64,000 nt of DNA from assembly GCA_964353015.1 (NCBI GenBank), contig CAYGUA010000006.1, forward strand, positions 42,407 through 106,406. The letters run 5' to 3'. Below are positions 1 to 10,338 of this stretch, piece after piece (positions within the stretch are counted from its first letter, which is position 1; the number at the start of each line of letters is the position of its first letter). Made by a program: the position numbers and the translations under genes. Origin of the DNA: an uncultured Marinoscillum sp. Lineage in GTDB: Bacteria > Bacteroidota > Bacteroidia > Cytophagales > Cyclobacteriaceae. The notes beneath the pieces are model-generated. The model saw only the letters and a list, made by a program, of their open reading frames with translations. It had not been told where the DNA came from and ran no database searches.

Positions 1-1014
1 GCTTCCACAAGACATGGCGGTTTTGAGACCAGTCGTTCCATTCAACTTAGCATTTTACCACCATGGTGGTTCACCTGGTGGGCATATGTCATTTACGCCA
101 CCTTATTTGCATTGCTTTTATTAATTATTTATCGTGTTCAAAAAGCAAGAACAATCAGAATAGAAAGAGAAAAAAACAGGGACCTCAAGCTCGCACAAGC
201 ACAGGAAATTGAAAAAGCATACAAGCAACTTCAGGAAACTCAAAAGCAATTGATTCATGCAGAGAAAATGGCTTCTTTAGGTGAGCTAACCGCAGGAATC
301 GCTCATGAAATTCAAAACCCACTCAATTTTGTCAACAACTTTGCTGACATCAACCGTGAATTGATAGAGGAACAAAAAGAGGAGATTCTTAATAAGAATT
401 ATGACGAAGTAGCTGCGATTGCCGATGATATCAAAGCAAACGAAGAAAAGATCATCCATCATGGAAAGCGAGCGGAAGAAATCGTGAAGAGCATGCTTCT
501 ACACTCCAGAGGAAATGAGGGCAAAAAGGAATCGATAAATATCAACAGCATCGCTGATGAATACTTGCGCCTCTCCTATCACGGCTTGAGAGCAAAAGAC
601 AAATCGTTCAATGCAGATTTCAAACTACATCTTGATGAGAACCTGCCAGAAATCGAAGTGATCCCGCAGGATATTGGAAGAGTATTCCTCAATCTGATCA
701 ACAATGCCTTTCATGCCACCACAGAAAAAGCGAGAAGTGGAATAAGTGGTTATTCGCCAACTGTGGAACTTATCACCAAGAAAAATGGCCAACAAATCGA
801 GATTACCATACAGGATAATGGAGCCGGCGTACCGGATGAGATTAAAGAAAAAATCTTTCAACCCTTCTTTACAACCAAGGCCGCTGGAACAGGAACCGGA
901 CTAGGACTTTCTCTTAGTTATGACATCATAACGAAAGGACATAATGGGACAATCTCGGTATCTAGCGAGGTAGGAGTTGGAACAACCTTTACCATAATTC
1001 TACCAATAAAATGA
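1..1014 (+). CDS. Sensor histidine kinase, C-terminal portion (5' end lies outside the window)
   Basis: Frame 1 is open from nt 1 (ASTRHGGFETSRSIQLSILPPWWFTWWAYVIYATLFALLLL...), so the listed ORF start at 112 is internal. The PPWW-x-WWAY TM segment resembles the post-Y_Y_Y TM of the 5140-8817 kinase. Motifs: H-box [14 protein letters not shown]-box [11 protein letters not shown]1 DNGAGVP, F-box FQPFFTTK, G2 GTGTGLGL. Confidence 0.9.
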   Translation, partial: ASTRHGGFETSRSIQLSILPPWWFTWWAYVIYATLFALLLLIIYRVQKARTIRIEREKNRDLKLAQAQEIEKAYKQLQETQKQLIHAEKMASLGELTAGIAHEIQNPLNFVNNFADINRELIEEQKEEILNKNYDEVAAIADDIKANEEKIIHHGKRAEEIVKSMLLHSRGNEGKKESININSIADEYLRLSYHGLRAKDKSFNADFKLHLDENLPEIEVIPQDIGRVFLNLINNAFHATTEKARSGISGYSPTVELITKKNGQQIEITIQDNGAGVPDEIKEKIFQPFFTTKAAGTGTGLGLSLSYDIITKGHNGTISVSSEVGVGTTFTIILPIK

Positions 1015-3152
1015 AGTTAAGAAGGTTCTATTCATTGATCTTCATTTCTCTTATCGCCGTGCTTCCTAGCTTTGGACAGGCGAAAACTGTTACACTCAGT
1101 GCTGACATGTTCGGAGCGCACGAGATCCTCCCACTATCCACTTTAGATGGTTGGATTTTCAAACAGGGAAGTGACATTGCATGGGCTGATAAAGATCTTG
1201 ATGAAAATGGATGGAAGTCGTTTAAGCCTACTCAGCTTTCCACAGAGTTGGAAGATCCAAATGGTAGAATCGAAGGTTGGTTTCGCATGAAAATAAAGCT
1301 AGACGAATCCTTCGTAGGAATCCCACTTGCAATAAGTAGAAACTTGTGGGCTGCAACAGATGTATTCCTTGATGGCGAGCTTATACATTCTTTTGGTAGT
1401 ACAGCGGATCCATATGTTGCATATAATCCCATCCTAAAAGAGCCAATCCCTATCAGTTTGGAAATAGGCAAGGAATACGTTTTTGCGATTCATTTTGTGG
1501 ACTATGAAACTACCTTAACCCAACGTGAGCTTCGTCTGAAGTCAGCTAATCTCAAAAGGCTAATAAATCTTACTGGTCCGCAGTATCAGGAACGTGTAAA
1601 AAGAGACTTTAAGTGGGAGTATGTATTCGGTACTTTGAGCATCGGGCTAAGCATGATCTTGTTTTTACTCTTCTGGTATTTAGTTATTCTAAATCCCAAA
1701 GTACAGATTTTTAAGCTGATCGCATGGTTAACCAGCTTTGTGCTCGTTACAGCAATTGCTATATTTTTCAGCACATTTTTTGAGATCTCCTACACTGTCG
1801 AAAAAGCGAGATTCATCATCATGGCGACCTTTCAAGCCTTATCGACGCTGTTTGGATTGTTTGTGCTTGAATGGATGCTCACCAATAAAATCTCTCATTG
1901 GTCCAAAATTATTCTGATCCTGATGTTGATGGCCAATTTACCTGCGCATCTTTTTTCCATTTCACTTCCATTTGGAATCATCTTTATTGGAATGCTCCTC
2001 TTTTACGGCACCCTCCTATTCAGAAAATGGAAAACCATTCAGGGCGCACAATGGGCAGTAATCACAGGAGTTGTTGCTTCAACGGTCGCCACTATTTTTT
2101 ATATCAGTACCCACAAGTATTTACTTGACCTTTACTACGAATACGACAAACCACTCATTTCAATGGCTATTCTCTTACAGCCAATATTCCTGTTAGGATA
2201 TGTTTCTGCACGATTGAACGAAACCCTGAAAGAAGCCTATGAAGAAGGTCAGAAAGTATTGAAAATAACAGAGGAAAAACGAGAGTTACTTGCGAATCAA
2301 AATACAATATTGGAAAAGCAAGTAAAAGAACGTACCGAGGAATTGAATCAGTCCTTAGAAAATCTCAAATCAACCCAAACCCAACTCATTCATTCTGAGA
2401 AAATGGCCTCTCTTGGAGAGCTCACAGCAGGTATTGCACATGAGATACAAAACCCACTCAACTTCGTCAATAACTTCTCTGATCTGAATAAAGAACTATT
2501 AGAAGAATTAAAGGCAGCATTAGCCCAAAACGACATTGAAGAAGTGGAAGCCATTCTGATTGACCTTTTGGAAAATGAAACCAAGATCAATCACCATGGA
2601 AAACGCGCTGAGGGAATCGTCAAAAGTATGCTTCAACACTCGCGTACAGGTTCAGTAGAAAAGGCGCTCACCGACATCAACTTATTGGCTGATGAATACC
2701 TGAGGCTTGCTTATCATGGTTTGCGAGCAAAGGACTCTTCCTTCAATGCTGACTTTAAAACTGAACTGGACCCAGCCCTACCCAAAATAAATGTGGTGTC
2801 ACAAGATATTGGAAGGGTTATTTTGAATCTGATCAACAATGCCTTTCAGGCCGTCAGGAAATTGAAAAAACCAGAGGTGATTGTAAGTACTCACCTCAAA
2901 GGAGACCAAATAGAAATACAGGTCAAAGACAATGGCCCAGGCATTCCTGATAATATAAAAGACAAAATATTTCAGCCATTCTTTACAACCAAGCCAACAG
3001 GCGAAGGAACTGGGCTCGGTTTGAGTATGAGTTATGATATCATAACAAAAGGGCATGGAGGATCTTTAAAAGTAGAGTCCCAGGTAGCAGAAACTGATGA
3101 TAAAAGAGAAACAGGATCCATATTCATTATCCAATTACCAATTATACTATGA
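1011..3152 (+). CDS. Sensor histidine kinase with 7TMR-DISM-type sensor (extracytoplasmic DISMED2-like domain plus about 7 TM helices)
   Basis: Signal peptide MKLRRFYSLIFISLIAVLPSFGQA, then about 190 aa of extracytoplasmic domain and a block of about seven hydrophobic helices. A coiled coil follows, then H-box [11 protein letters not shown] and N/G1/F/G2 boxes. The ATG overlaps the upstream stop (ATGA at 1011-1014). Confidence 0.9.
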   Translation: MKLRRFYSLIFISLIAVLPSFGQAKTVTLSADMFGAHEILPLSTLDGWIFKQGSDIAWADKDLDENGWKSFKPTQLSTELEDPNGRIEGWFRMKIKLDESFVGIPLAISRNLWAATDVFLDGELIHSFGSTADPYVAYNPILKEPIPISLEIGKEYVFAIHFVDYETTLTQRELRLKSANLKRLINLTGPQYQERVKRDFKWEYVFGTLSIGLSMILFLLFWYLVILNPKVQIFKLIAWLTSFVLVTAIAIFFSTFFEISYTVEKARFIIMATFQALSTLFGLFVLEWMLTNKISHWSKIILILMLMANLPAHLFSISLPFGIIFIGMLLFYGTLLFRKWKTIQGAQWAVITGVVASTVATIFYISTHKYLLDLYYEYDKPLISMAILLQPIFLLGYVSARLNETLKEAYEEGQKVLKITEEKRELLANQNTILEKQVKERTEELNQSLENLKSTQTQLIHSEKMASLGELTAGIAHEIQNPLNFVNNFSDLNKELLEELKAALAQNDIEEVEAILIDLLENETKINHHGKRAEGIVKSMLQHSRTGSVEKALTDINLLADEYLRLAYHGLRAKDSSFNADFKTELDPALPKINVVSQDIGRVILNLINNAFQAVRKLKKPEVIVSTHLKGDQIEIQVKDNGPGIPDNIKDKIFQPFFTTKPTGEGTGLGLSMSYDIITKGHGGSLKVESQVAETDDKRETGSIFIIQLPIIL
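2361..3061 (+). repeat. Transmitter-module repeat, copy A (paralogous to 4325-5025)
   Basis: Aligns without net indel to 4325-5025 at a constant offset of 1964 nt. The 3' ~470 nt are near-identical by eye. At protein level, [10 protein letters not shown]...ITKGHGG shows 7 differences in 159 residues, counted from the supplied translations. Confidence 0.85.
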
Positions 3153-5092
3153 TAAAGAACTTGAGTCTAGTCGTCATTTTAGCATTTAGCTGGGTATTTG
3201 GCTTTGGTCAAAATAAGTATTCAGATAGTTTAAAATCTATATTAAAAACAACTACAAATCCAGTTGATAGGTTTGATCTGCTTAACAATATCCTTTTGGA
3301 CATTACGAGTTACAGAGGAAGCAATATTGATTCATTAACAACCATGGAGATGGTTCAGATTGCTCAGCAACAAAACAATGATTCCCTGTTGGCTATTTCT
3401 TACAATTGGTTGGCTTCATTTTTCTACCAACAAAAAGGAGACAATGTTACGGCCCTGGAATACTATTTTAAAGCCATTCCTCTAGCCGAGACAACAAATG
3501 ACAAAAGACGAATAAGCTCTATATATTTTGACATGGCTTTGGTCTATTTCGATATGCTTGATTATGAAATGGCGCTAGGAGTAACGAGAAAAGGTGGTGA
3601 AAACCTACCTCCTAAATCGCACCCTATGTATTATTTTATGCTCATTCAATATCAGGCCAACCTTGTTCAATATTTTCTAATCAAAAATAATGCGGACTCT
3701 GCCTTTCATTATGCTTTGGGAGCTCGTGAAACTTTGGCGCATTTTAACAAAGGCAGTACATACAATTTCTTAGACCTCACCAATTTTGCTGCGGTTCATG
3801 CAATCTCAGGTGATACACAAAGTGCTGATGAATACTTCAAAGACGCACTTGTCTTACAAGATTCTGTTGAAAACATAACTTCCCAATTATATTTTTTCAA
3901 CAACTATCTTCCATTTCTCTTAGCCAATGACAGATATGCAGAAGGAGTCAGCGAAAGTAAAAAACTCTTAAATATGGGTTGGCAGGCTGATAACAATAAC
4001 TTAAAACTTGCTGGGGCTGCTTTTTTAAGACAGTTTTATGACGCCCTGAATCAAATAGATAGCGCATATTATTACTCTCGGTTAGAGGCAAAAATTAGCT
4101 CTCAGATCTTCAGCCAGGAAAACAAAAACAAAATTCAGGCATTGGCATTTAGTAACCAGTTGAGAAGTATTGAAGAAGAAAATAAAGCAATAGCCTATCA
4201 AAATCAACTAAAGCAATACGTGCTCATTGGTGGACTTTTGATGACATTGTTGATTGCGTTAATTCTATTTTACAATAATCGGCAAAAGCAAAAGGGAAAT
4301 AAAGTTTTGGAGGAGACTTTAAGAAATCTCCAATCAACGCAATCCCAACTCATTCAATCAGAAAAAATGGCCTCTCTTGGAGAGCTGACAGCTGGCATAG
4401 CTCATGAGATTCAGAACCCACTCAACTTTGTCAATAACTTCTCTGATCTCAATAAAGAGTTGATTGATGAGCAGCTGGAAGAATTAGAAAAGGGAGACAT
4501 TGCAGAAGCTAAACTCATAGCAGCTGATATTCGAGAAAACGAATTAAAAATCAATCACCACGGAAAAAGAGCTGAAGGAATCGTCAAAAGTATGCTTCAA
4601 CACTCGCGTACAGGCTCTGTAGAAAAGGAGCTCACCGACATCAACTTATTGGCTGATGAATACCTGCGGCTTGCTTATCATGGATTACGTGCAAAAGATT
4701 CTTCCTTCAATGCTGACTTTAGAACTGAACTGGATCCTTCCCTACCCAAAATCAATGTAGTGTCACAAGACATTGGAAGGGTTATTTTGAATCTGATCAA
4801 CAACGCCTTTCAGGCCGTCAGGAAATTGGAAAAACCAGAGGTAATTGTAAGTACTCATCTCAGAGGCGGCCAAATAGAAATACAGGTCAAAGACAATGGC
4901 CCAGGCATTCCTGATAGCATCAAAGACAAAATATTTCAGCCATTCTTTACCACTAAGCCAACTGGTGAGGGAACTGGACTTGGATTGAGCATGAGTTATG
5001 ACATCATAACCAAAGGACATGGAGGGACAATCAAAGTAGTGAGTGAGGAAGGATCGGGGACAAAATTTGAAATTCAATTACCCATTTTATGA
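3149..5092 (+). CDS. Sensor histidine kinase with TPR-like helical-repeat sensor and a single TM helix
   Basis: N-terminal signal/anchor (LSLVVILAFSWVFGFGQ), then about 350 aa of helical-repeat sequence with TPR-like A/Y/F periodicity. One TM helix (YVLIGGLLMTLLIALILFY) precedes the same H-box/HATPase_c transmitter. ATGA overlap with the upstream gene at 3149-3152. Confidence 0.9.
   Translation: MIKNLSLVVILAFSWVFGFGQNKYSDSLKSILKTTTNPVDRFDLLNNILLDITSYRGSNIDSLTTMEMVQIAQQQNNDSLLAISYNWLASFFYQQKGDNVTALEYYFKAIPLAETTNDKRRISSIYFDMALVYFDMLDYEMALGVTRKGGENLPPKSHPMYYFMLIQYQANLVQYFLIKNNADSAFHYALGARETLAHFNKGSTYNFLDLTNFAAVHAISGDTQSADEYFKDALVLQDSVENITSQLYFFNNYLPFLLANDRYAEGVSESKKLLNMGWQADNNNLKLAGAAFLRQFYDALNQIDSAYYYSRLEAKISSQIFSQENKNKIQALAFSNQLRSIEEENKAIAYQNQLKQYVLIGGLLMTLLIALILFYNNRQKQKGNKVLEETLRNLQSTQSQLIQSEKMASLGELTAGIAHEIQNPLNFVNNFSDLNKELIDEQLEELEKGDIAEAKLIAADIRENELKINHHGKRAEGIVKSMLQHSRTGSVEKELTDINLLADEYLRLAYHGLRAKDSSFNADFRTELDPSLPKINVVSQDIGRVILNLINNAFQAVRKLEKPEVIVSTHLRGGQIEIQVKDNGPGIPDSIKDKIFQPFFTTKPTGEGTGLGLSMSYDIITKGHGGTIKVVSEEGSGTKFEIQLPIL
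4325..5025 (+). repeat. Transmitter-module repeat, copy B (paralogous to 2361-3061)
   Basis: See copy A. The antisense shadow ORFs 2799-3056 and 4763-5077 are also near-identical, as expected for a recent DNA-level duplication or gene conversion. Confidence 0.85.
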
Positions 5093-5139
5093 CATTTATT
5101 TAACCTCAAACTTTTAAATAATCCGCATTAACTTTAAAA

Positions 5140-8100
5140 ATGACTGACCTATTTAAACCTTCGTACCAAATATACTTCTTGCTGACCAGCATGCTTCTGA
5201 TTAGTGCGTGCGACAACAATCGAAACGTTCCGTTTCCAGTTGATGACACCAGATTGGTACACACAAAGGAACGACCTTTTGCTTTCGCAGACACGACTTC
5301 AATCAGTTGGTCATTGGTTGCGGAGAACTTGACTCTTTCGCCTCCTCAGAAGCTTAATCTTGACAAAATACCTTCAGAACCATTTGAAATCGGAGAACCA
5401 TTTCCCTTGAAGCAACCAATGGATGAACAAGCCTTCGACTGGGATAACTTGCCAGATTCTGCATTTGATTTTAGTTCACTTCCTGACAAGCCTATCAAGA
5501 TAAAAACAAAACTACTTCAACCACCGACCATAGTTAAGGCTGGTCAGCCTTCTCCTACTTCTGGTGCTACCCGCGGTATCCTGGATATGGGATTCAATCT
5601 GGGACTTCCCGCAGAAGGAAAAGTCTTCCTGAAGGATGAAAATGGATTGATCTGGATAGGTACAAATGGAGGAGGTCTCTGCCGGTATGATGGAACCAAT
5701 TTGGAAATTTATGGAAGAGAACAAGGTTTATTGGACAACAATATTTGGTCCCTCTTCCAAGACGATGATAAGAGGATTTGGATAGGCTCACGATTTGGCA
5801 TCAATATACTTGATCGCGATAAGGGAGTCGTTCATGAATTGATACATGATATTCCACATTTTTCTATATTATCCATAATGCAGGATCGAGAAGGATTAAT
5901 ATGGTATGCCTCACAAAATCACGGCGTATTTGTTCTTGATTTAGAATCAAAAAGCTTAAAAGAAATAGGCAAAAAAGAAGGATTAGACGAACGATTAAAT
6001 TTGAAAATCTTTCAGGACGACAAGGGGTTAATTTGGATCACATCCATGCAAGGTCTTTTTATTCTGGATAAGCAAGCGAAGATCAGAAAAAGAATAACGT
6101 CAAAGGAAGGCTTGATGACAGATCAGGTTTTTAATCTAATACAAGATAGTGAAGGCAATTATTGGTTTGCTCAGAACGATGGAGTACAGGTGCTAGAGCT
6201 TAAAAATCAAAAGATTAGCAGTCTAAATGATAAGCAAGGATTAGCGGAAGGTATTTTCATCGATGCATTGTTACAAGATAAGGATGGTAAAATTTGGTTT
6301 GGGACGGGAAGAGGACACCTATACTCCTTTGATCAAAAAAGTAACTCACTTGAGAATCTAAAAATATTGGATGGAACCGATAATAGTAGTCTGGTTCTTT
6401 CATTAGTTGAGGATGAATCTGGACAAATCTGGATTGGCACAATCAGTAGAGATAGCTATGTTTTTGATGCAGAAATGGGACGACCGGCCAACTTGACTAA
6501 AGCTGATCATGTGAGTGGTTTGTCGATTTGGTCAACACTTACAGATTCAGACGGAAATACATGGATAGGCAATACCGGCAGGGTATTCGACATCTATTTT
6601 CCAAAGACTAAATCAATCAAACATTTTGGGATTGAACAAGGGTTAAAGGTCAGTGGTGTAATTCGATTTGTTCAGAAAAACGAGGAAGAAATAATTGTTT
6701 ATAGTTCTGGTAGTCCCTTTCTCAATTTTGTCAACTTAAAAAAGGGAACAATACGTTACATGGAGATTAAGTTAGCAATCTTTTTGCGCTACATGATAGT
6801 AGACACCAATGAAACCATGTGGATTTGTTCTGATAATGGGGACGTCTACAAGATTGAAAATGGTGTCATGCGTAAAATGGACCAAACTGTAAATATAACC
6901 AATAGAATAGGCGTCTTAGCCTTAGATCAGAAAGAACGCATTTGGATTGGATCCAATGAAGATGGTATCACGGTAATTGATCCGAAAAATAGCACTTCGA
7001 TGAGACTGAGTACTGATGAAGGACTTATTTCCAACCTAACAACTTCCTACATTAATGCTTCGGATGGGAAAATTTGGATAGGGACAGAAGGGGGCATCAG
7101 TAGAATAGACATGAATTCGGGAATGATCAGCAACCTAACGGAAAAGGAAGGACTTCTCAATAACGATATTTGGACCCTTAATGAATTTGACAATGATGTA
7201 TATGTAGGCACAACAAAAGGTCTGTCTATAATGAGTCCACTTGGAGATGCTAGTCATAAGTGGAGGACACTTAATTATGAGCGCCAACAAGGATTATCGG
7301 AGATTGACTTTGACAACAATAGTGGGAGTTTTACTAAAGATGGCCAATTTTGGGCTGGTGTTAATATTGCTGTTTTGACAGTAATAGATCGACCAAAATT
7401 AGATTCATCAATACAAAAACCACACATAACTAGTGTGAAGGTTATTGACGAGCCGTTCAATTTCTACAAATCTTCTGCTTTTGGCAAAGCGCTAAATGAG
7501 ATTGATACCTTATGGACAACCTCAGGTGAATTTATATTAAACAACAAACAGATTCTTATCGACAGTTTAATTAGTCTGGACAAAGGGATGACCTGGGAGC
7601 GCATTGATCCTGTTTACCATCTACCAGTTAACCTTCAGCTTCCTTACAATAAGAATTATTTCAGTTTTACTTATGCAGCCAATGATTTGAAAAACCCAAA
7701 TCATATTCGGTACAGATATATATTGGAAGGAATCGATCAAAATTGGAGCGCCATAACAAGCAATACTACCAGTGAGAATTATAGAGATTTACCACCGGGT
7801 AATTACACGTTCAAAGTATCGAGTAGCGGAAGTAATGGACTGTGGAGTGAGCCGGCAACATTTGATTTCCTAATTACACCTCCTTGGTGGAAAACCTGGT
7901 GGGCATATACCATCATGGCAGTCTTAGGCTTGTCCCTTTTAAGAGGATATGTCTCTGTCAGGTCTCGCACATTGAAAAGGCAAAATGCTATCTTGGAAGA
8001 AAAAGTAGCCATCCGTACCAATGCTCTTGAAAAGTCGTTAAACGACCTAAAATCAACACAATCACAATTGATTCACTCGGAAAAAATGGCTTCTCTTGGA

Positions 8101-8817
8101 GAACTCACCGCTGGCATTGCCCACGAAATCCAAAATCCTCTAAACTTCGTCAACAACTTTTCAGATTTGAATCGTGAACTTATTGAAGAGCAGCTGGAAG
8201 AACTGGATAAGGGAAATATAGAAGAGGCTAAAGATCTTGCGAAAGACATACAAGATAATGAGGCCAAGATAATCCATCATGGAAAACGCGCCGAAGGAAT
8301 TGTAAGGAGTATGCTCCTGCACTCGCGAGGCAATGAAGGAGCTAAGGAATCAACAGATCTCAATCTCCTTTGTGATGAATATCTAAGATTGGCATTTCAT
8401 GGCCTAAGAGCTAAGGATCGATCATTTAGTTCAGATTTCAAACTAGATCTGGATCAAAATATACCCAAAGTAGATGTGATCCCTCAGGACATGGGGAGAG
8501 TATTACTTAACCTGATTAATAATGCTTTTCATGCAGTGAAGAAAGTGGGAAAACCTGAGGTGGTAGTAAGCACCAGATTAAATAAAGATTACGTCGAGAT
8601 CCTGATAGAGGATAATGGATCGGGTATCCCTGATAATATCAAGGAAAAGATTTTCCAACCATTCTTTACCACCAAGCCAACTGGCGAGGGAACCGGTCTT
8701 GGTTTAAGTATGAGCTATGATATCATAACAAAAGGGCACAACGGAAAGATTGTGCTAGAAAGCCAAGAAGGATTAGGAACCAAGTTTATAATTTCATTAC
8801 CAACCAAAATAAGTTAA
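5140..8817 (+). CDS. Sensor histidine kinase with beta-propeller (Reg_prop repeats) plus Y_Y_Y sensor domain
   Basis: N-terminal lipoprotein-like signal ([14 protein letters not shown]). Many repeats of the G-LW/IWIGT type (e.g. [50 protein letters not shown]). Y_Y_Y-like segment ([15 protein letters not shown]...PGNYTFKV), TM helix ([21 protein letters not shown]), coiled coil, then H-box [11 protein letters not shown] and HATPase_c motifs. Confidence 0.92.
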   Translation: MTDLFKPSYQIYFLLTSMLLISACDNNRNVPFPVDDTRLVHTKERPFAFADTTSISWSLVAENLTLSPPQKLNLDKIPSEPFEIGEPFPLKQPMDEQAFDWDNLPDSAFDFSSLPDKPIKIKTKLLQPPTIVKAGQPSPTSGATRGILDMGFNLGLPAEGKVFLKDENGLIWIGTNGGGLCRYDGTNLEIYGREQGLLDNNIWSLFQDDDKRIWIGSRFGINILDRDKGVVHELIHDIPHFSILSIMQDREGLIWYASQNHGVFVLDLESKSLKEIGKKEGLDERLNLKIFQDDKGLIWITSMQGLFILDKQAKIRKRITSKEGLMTDQVFNLIQDSEGNYWFAQNDGVQVLELKNQKISSLNDKQGLAEGIFIDALLQDKDGKIWFGTGRGHLYSFDQKSNSLENLKILDGTDNSSLVLSLVEDESGQIWIGTISRDSYVFDAEMGRPANLTKADHVSGLSIWSTLTDSDGNTWIGNTGRVFDIYFPKTKSIKHFGIEQGLKVSGVIRFVQKNEEEIIVYSSGSPFLNFVNLKKGTIRYMEIKLAIFLRYMIVDTNETMWICSDNGDVYKIENGVMRKMDQTVNITNRIGVLALDQKERIWIGSNEDGITVIDPKNSTSMRLSTDEGLISNLTTSYINASDGKIWIGTEGGISRIDMNSGMISNLTEKEGLLNNDIWTLNEFDNDVYVGTTKGLSIMSPLGDASHKWRTLNYERQQGLSEIDFDNNSGSFTKDGQFWAGVNIAVLTVIDRPKLDSSIQKPHITSVKVIDEPFNFYKSSAFGKALNEIDTLWTTSGEFILNNKQILIDSLISLDKGMTWERIDPVYHLPVNLQLPYNKNYFSFTYAANDLKNPNHIRYRYILEGIDQNWSAITSNTTSENYRDLPPGNYTFKVSSSGSNGLWSEPATFDFLITPPWWKTWWAYTIMAVLGLSLLRGYVSVRSRTLKRQNAILEEKVAIRTNALEKSLNDLKSTQSQLIHSEKMASLGELTAGIAHEIQNPLNFVNNFSDLNRELIEEQLEELDKGNIEEAKDLAKDIQDNEAKIIHHGKRAEGIVRSMLLHSRGNEGAKESTDLNLLCDEYLRLAFHGLRAKDRSFSSDFKLDLDQNIPKVDVIPQDMGRVLLNLINNAFHAVKKVGKPEVVVSTRLNKDYVEILIEDNGSGIPDNIKEKIFQPFFTTKPTGEGTGLGLSMSYDIITKGHNGKIVLESQEGLGTKFIISLPTKIS

Positions 8818-8820
8818 AAT

Positions 8821-9198
8821 ATGAAAATACTAGTAGTAGATGACGAAAAGGACATCCAGCCCTTATTTCAGCAGAGATTTCGCAAAGAAATAAAGAGCAA
8901 TGAAATAGAGATTGAGTTTGTGCTGTCTGGTGAGGAAGCATTGGCCTATATTGAAAAAAATGGCCACAGCAACAGTCTTATCCTTTCGGACATCAATATG
9001 CCTGGAATGAGTGGCCTGGAACTTCTTGAAAAAATTAAAAAAACCTATACACCCCCACCACCAATCATTATGATGATCTCGGCGTATGGCGATCAGGAAA
9101 ATCGTGATACCGCTCACAACTTAGGAGCTGAGGAATTTTTCACAAAACCTCTCGACTTCAACTTACTTAAAGAAAGAATCAAATCACTAGCCTTATGA
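8821..9198 (+). CDS. Stand-alone response-regulator receiver (CheY-like, no output domain)
   Basis: 125 aa. Acidic pocket VVDDE, phospho-acceptor context LILSDINMPGMSG, and conserved SAYGD / KP motifs. The start lies 3 nt after the upstream stop. Confidence 0.9.
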   Translation: MKILVVDDEKDIQPLFQQRFRKEIKSNEIEIEFVLSGEEALAYIEKNGHSNSLILSDINMPGMSGLELLEKIKKTYTPPPPIIMMISAYGDQENRDTAHNLGAEEFFTKPLDFNLLKERIKSLAL

Positions 9199-10337
9199 CA
9201 CGCATTCTAGTTGTAGATGACGAACCGGATCTGGAAGCATTAATAAAGCAGCGATTCCGCAAGCAAATAAAAGAAAATGGATATGATTTTTTATTTGCAG
9301 GGAATGGTCGCGAAGCATTAGAATCTCTGGCACAAAACAAAGATGTCGATCTGGTTTTGACGGATATCAATATGCCAGAAATGGACGGATTAACGCTATT
9401 GTCGCAACTGAATAATGAAAAATATTTTTTAGAGACAATCATTGTTTCTGCCTATGGTGATATGGATAATATTCGCACAGCCATGAACCTTGGAGCCTTT
9501 GATTTTATCACAAAACCGATTGACTTTAAAGATCTGGAAGTCACCATGTCTAAGACAATCAAACACGTGCTCCAATTAAAAGAAAATGCGGAGACGCTCA
9601 GAGAGAACGATACGCTCAAGATCTATTTGAATGAAATCAACGCACAGAAAAAACTGAAAGATCGGTTTTTCGCCATCATTTCACACGATTTGAGAGGGCC
9701 TGTAAATTCATTCCAAGGTCTTGGAGCAATCCTGGAAAACTACATCCAAAAGAAAAAATACAATGAACTGGAAGCAATGATCTCTGAAGTCGGGCAAGCG
9801 ACTGATCAGCTGTCACGATTGCTGGACAACCTGCTAAACTGGGCTTCTTCCGAGTTGAGCATTATCCCTTATAATCCAGTGAAAATTGATGCTTCTCAAA
9901 TGATTGAAGATCTGATTCAAATCTTTCACTCCTCTGCCAAGGTTAAAAATATTGCGCTAACCAACTCTGTTCCATCAGGTACTTTTATCTGGGCAGACTT
10001 AAACACCACATTGACCATTTTCAGAAATTTGATCAACAATGCACTGAAATTTACAGAAGAAAATGGCTCGATAGAAATAGCTGCACAAGCGGATAATGAG
10101 TTTATATCAATTTCGGTAATAGACTCAGGTATAGGCGTGCCACCGGAAAAACTGTCCGAAATTTTCAAATTATCGGAGCACGCGAGCACCTATGGCACAC
10201 ATGGCGAAAAAGGTGTGGGTCTTGGATTGCAGCTGGTAAATGAATTTGTGAAAATGAACAAGGCTAAGGTTCATGTAGCTAGTAAACCTGGTGATGGAAC
10301 CACATTTACCGTTTCACTGCCAGCAAATAAAAATTAA
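9195..10337 (+). CDS. Response-regulator/histidine-kinase hybrid (REC-HisKA-HATPase_c)
   Basis: The N-terminal REC is paralogous to 8821-9198 (VVDDEPD, LVLTDINMPEMDG, SAYGD, KP). It is followed by H-box FFAIISHDLRGPVNSF, N-box FRNLINNALKFT, G1 DSGIGVP and G2 GVGLGLQL. ATGA overlap with the upstream gene at 9195-9198. Confidence 0.9.
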   Translation: MTRILVVDDEPDLEALIKQRFRKQIKENGYDFLFAGNGREALESLAQNKDVDLVLTDINMPEMDGLTLLSQLNNEKYFLETIIVSAYGDMDNIRTAMNLGAFDFITKPIDFKDLEVTMSKTIKHVLQLKENAETLRENDTLKIYLNEINAQKKLKDRFFAIISHDLRGPVNSFQGLGAILENYIQKKKYNELEAMISEVGQATDQLSRLLDNLLNWASSELSIIPYNPVKIDASQMIEDLIQIFHSSAKVKNIALTNSVPSGTFIWADLNTTLTIFRNLINNALKFTEENGSIEIAAQADNEFISISVIDSGIGVPPEKLSEIFKLSEHASTYGTHGEKGVGLGLQLVNEFVKMNKAKVHVASKPGDGTTFTVSLPANKN

Positions 10338-10338
10338 G

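Noticed and set aside
2799-5077. Antisense ORFs of 85 and 104 aa (2799-3056 and 4763-5077, minus strand) that are highly similar to each other. Similar antisense ORFs lie inside other kinase genes (625-861, 2390-2590, 8073-8267).
   Set aside because: They lie wholly inside well-supported kinase CDSs. Their mutual similarity is just the shadow of the duplicated transmitter DNA, and their composition is not protein-like.
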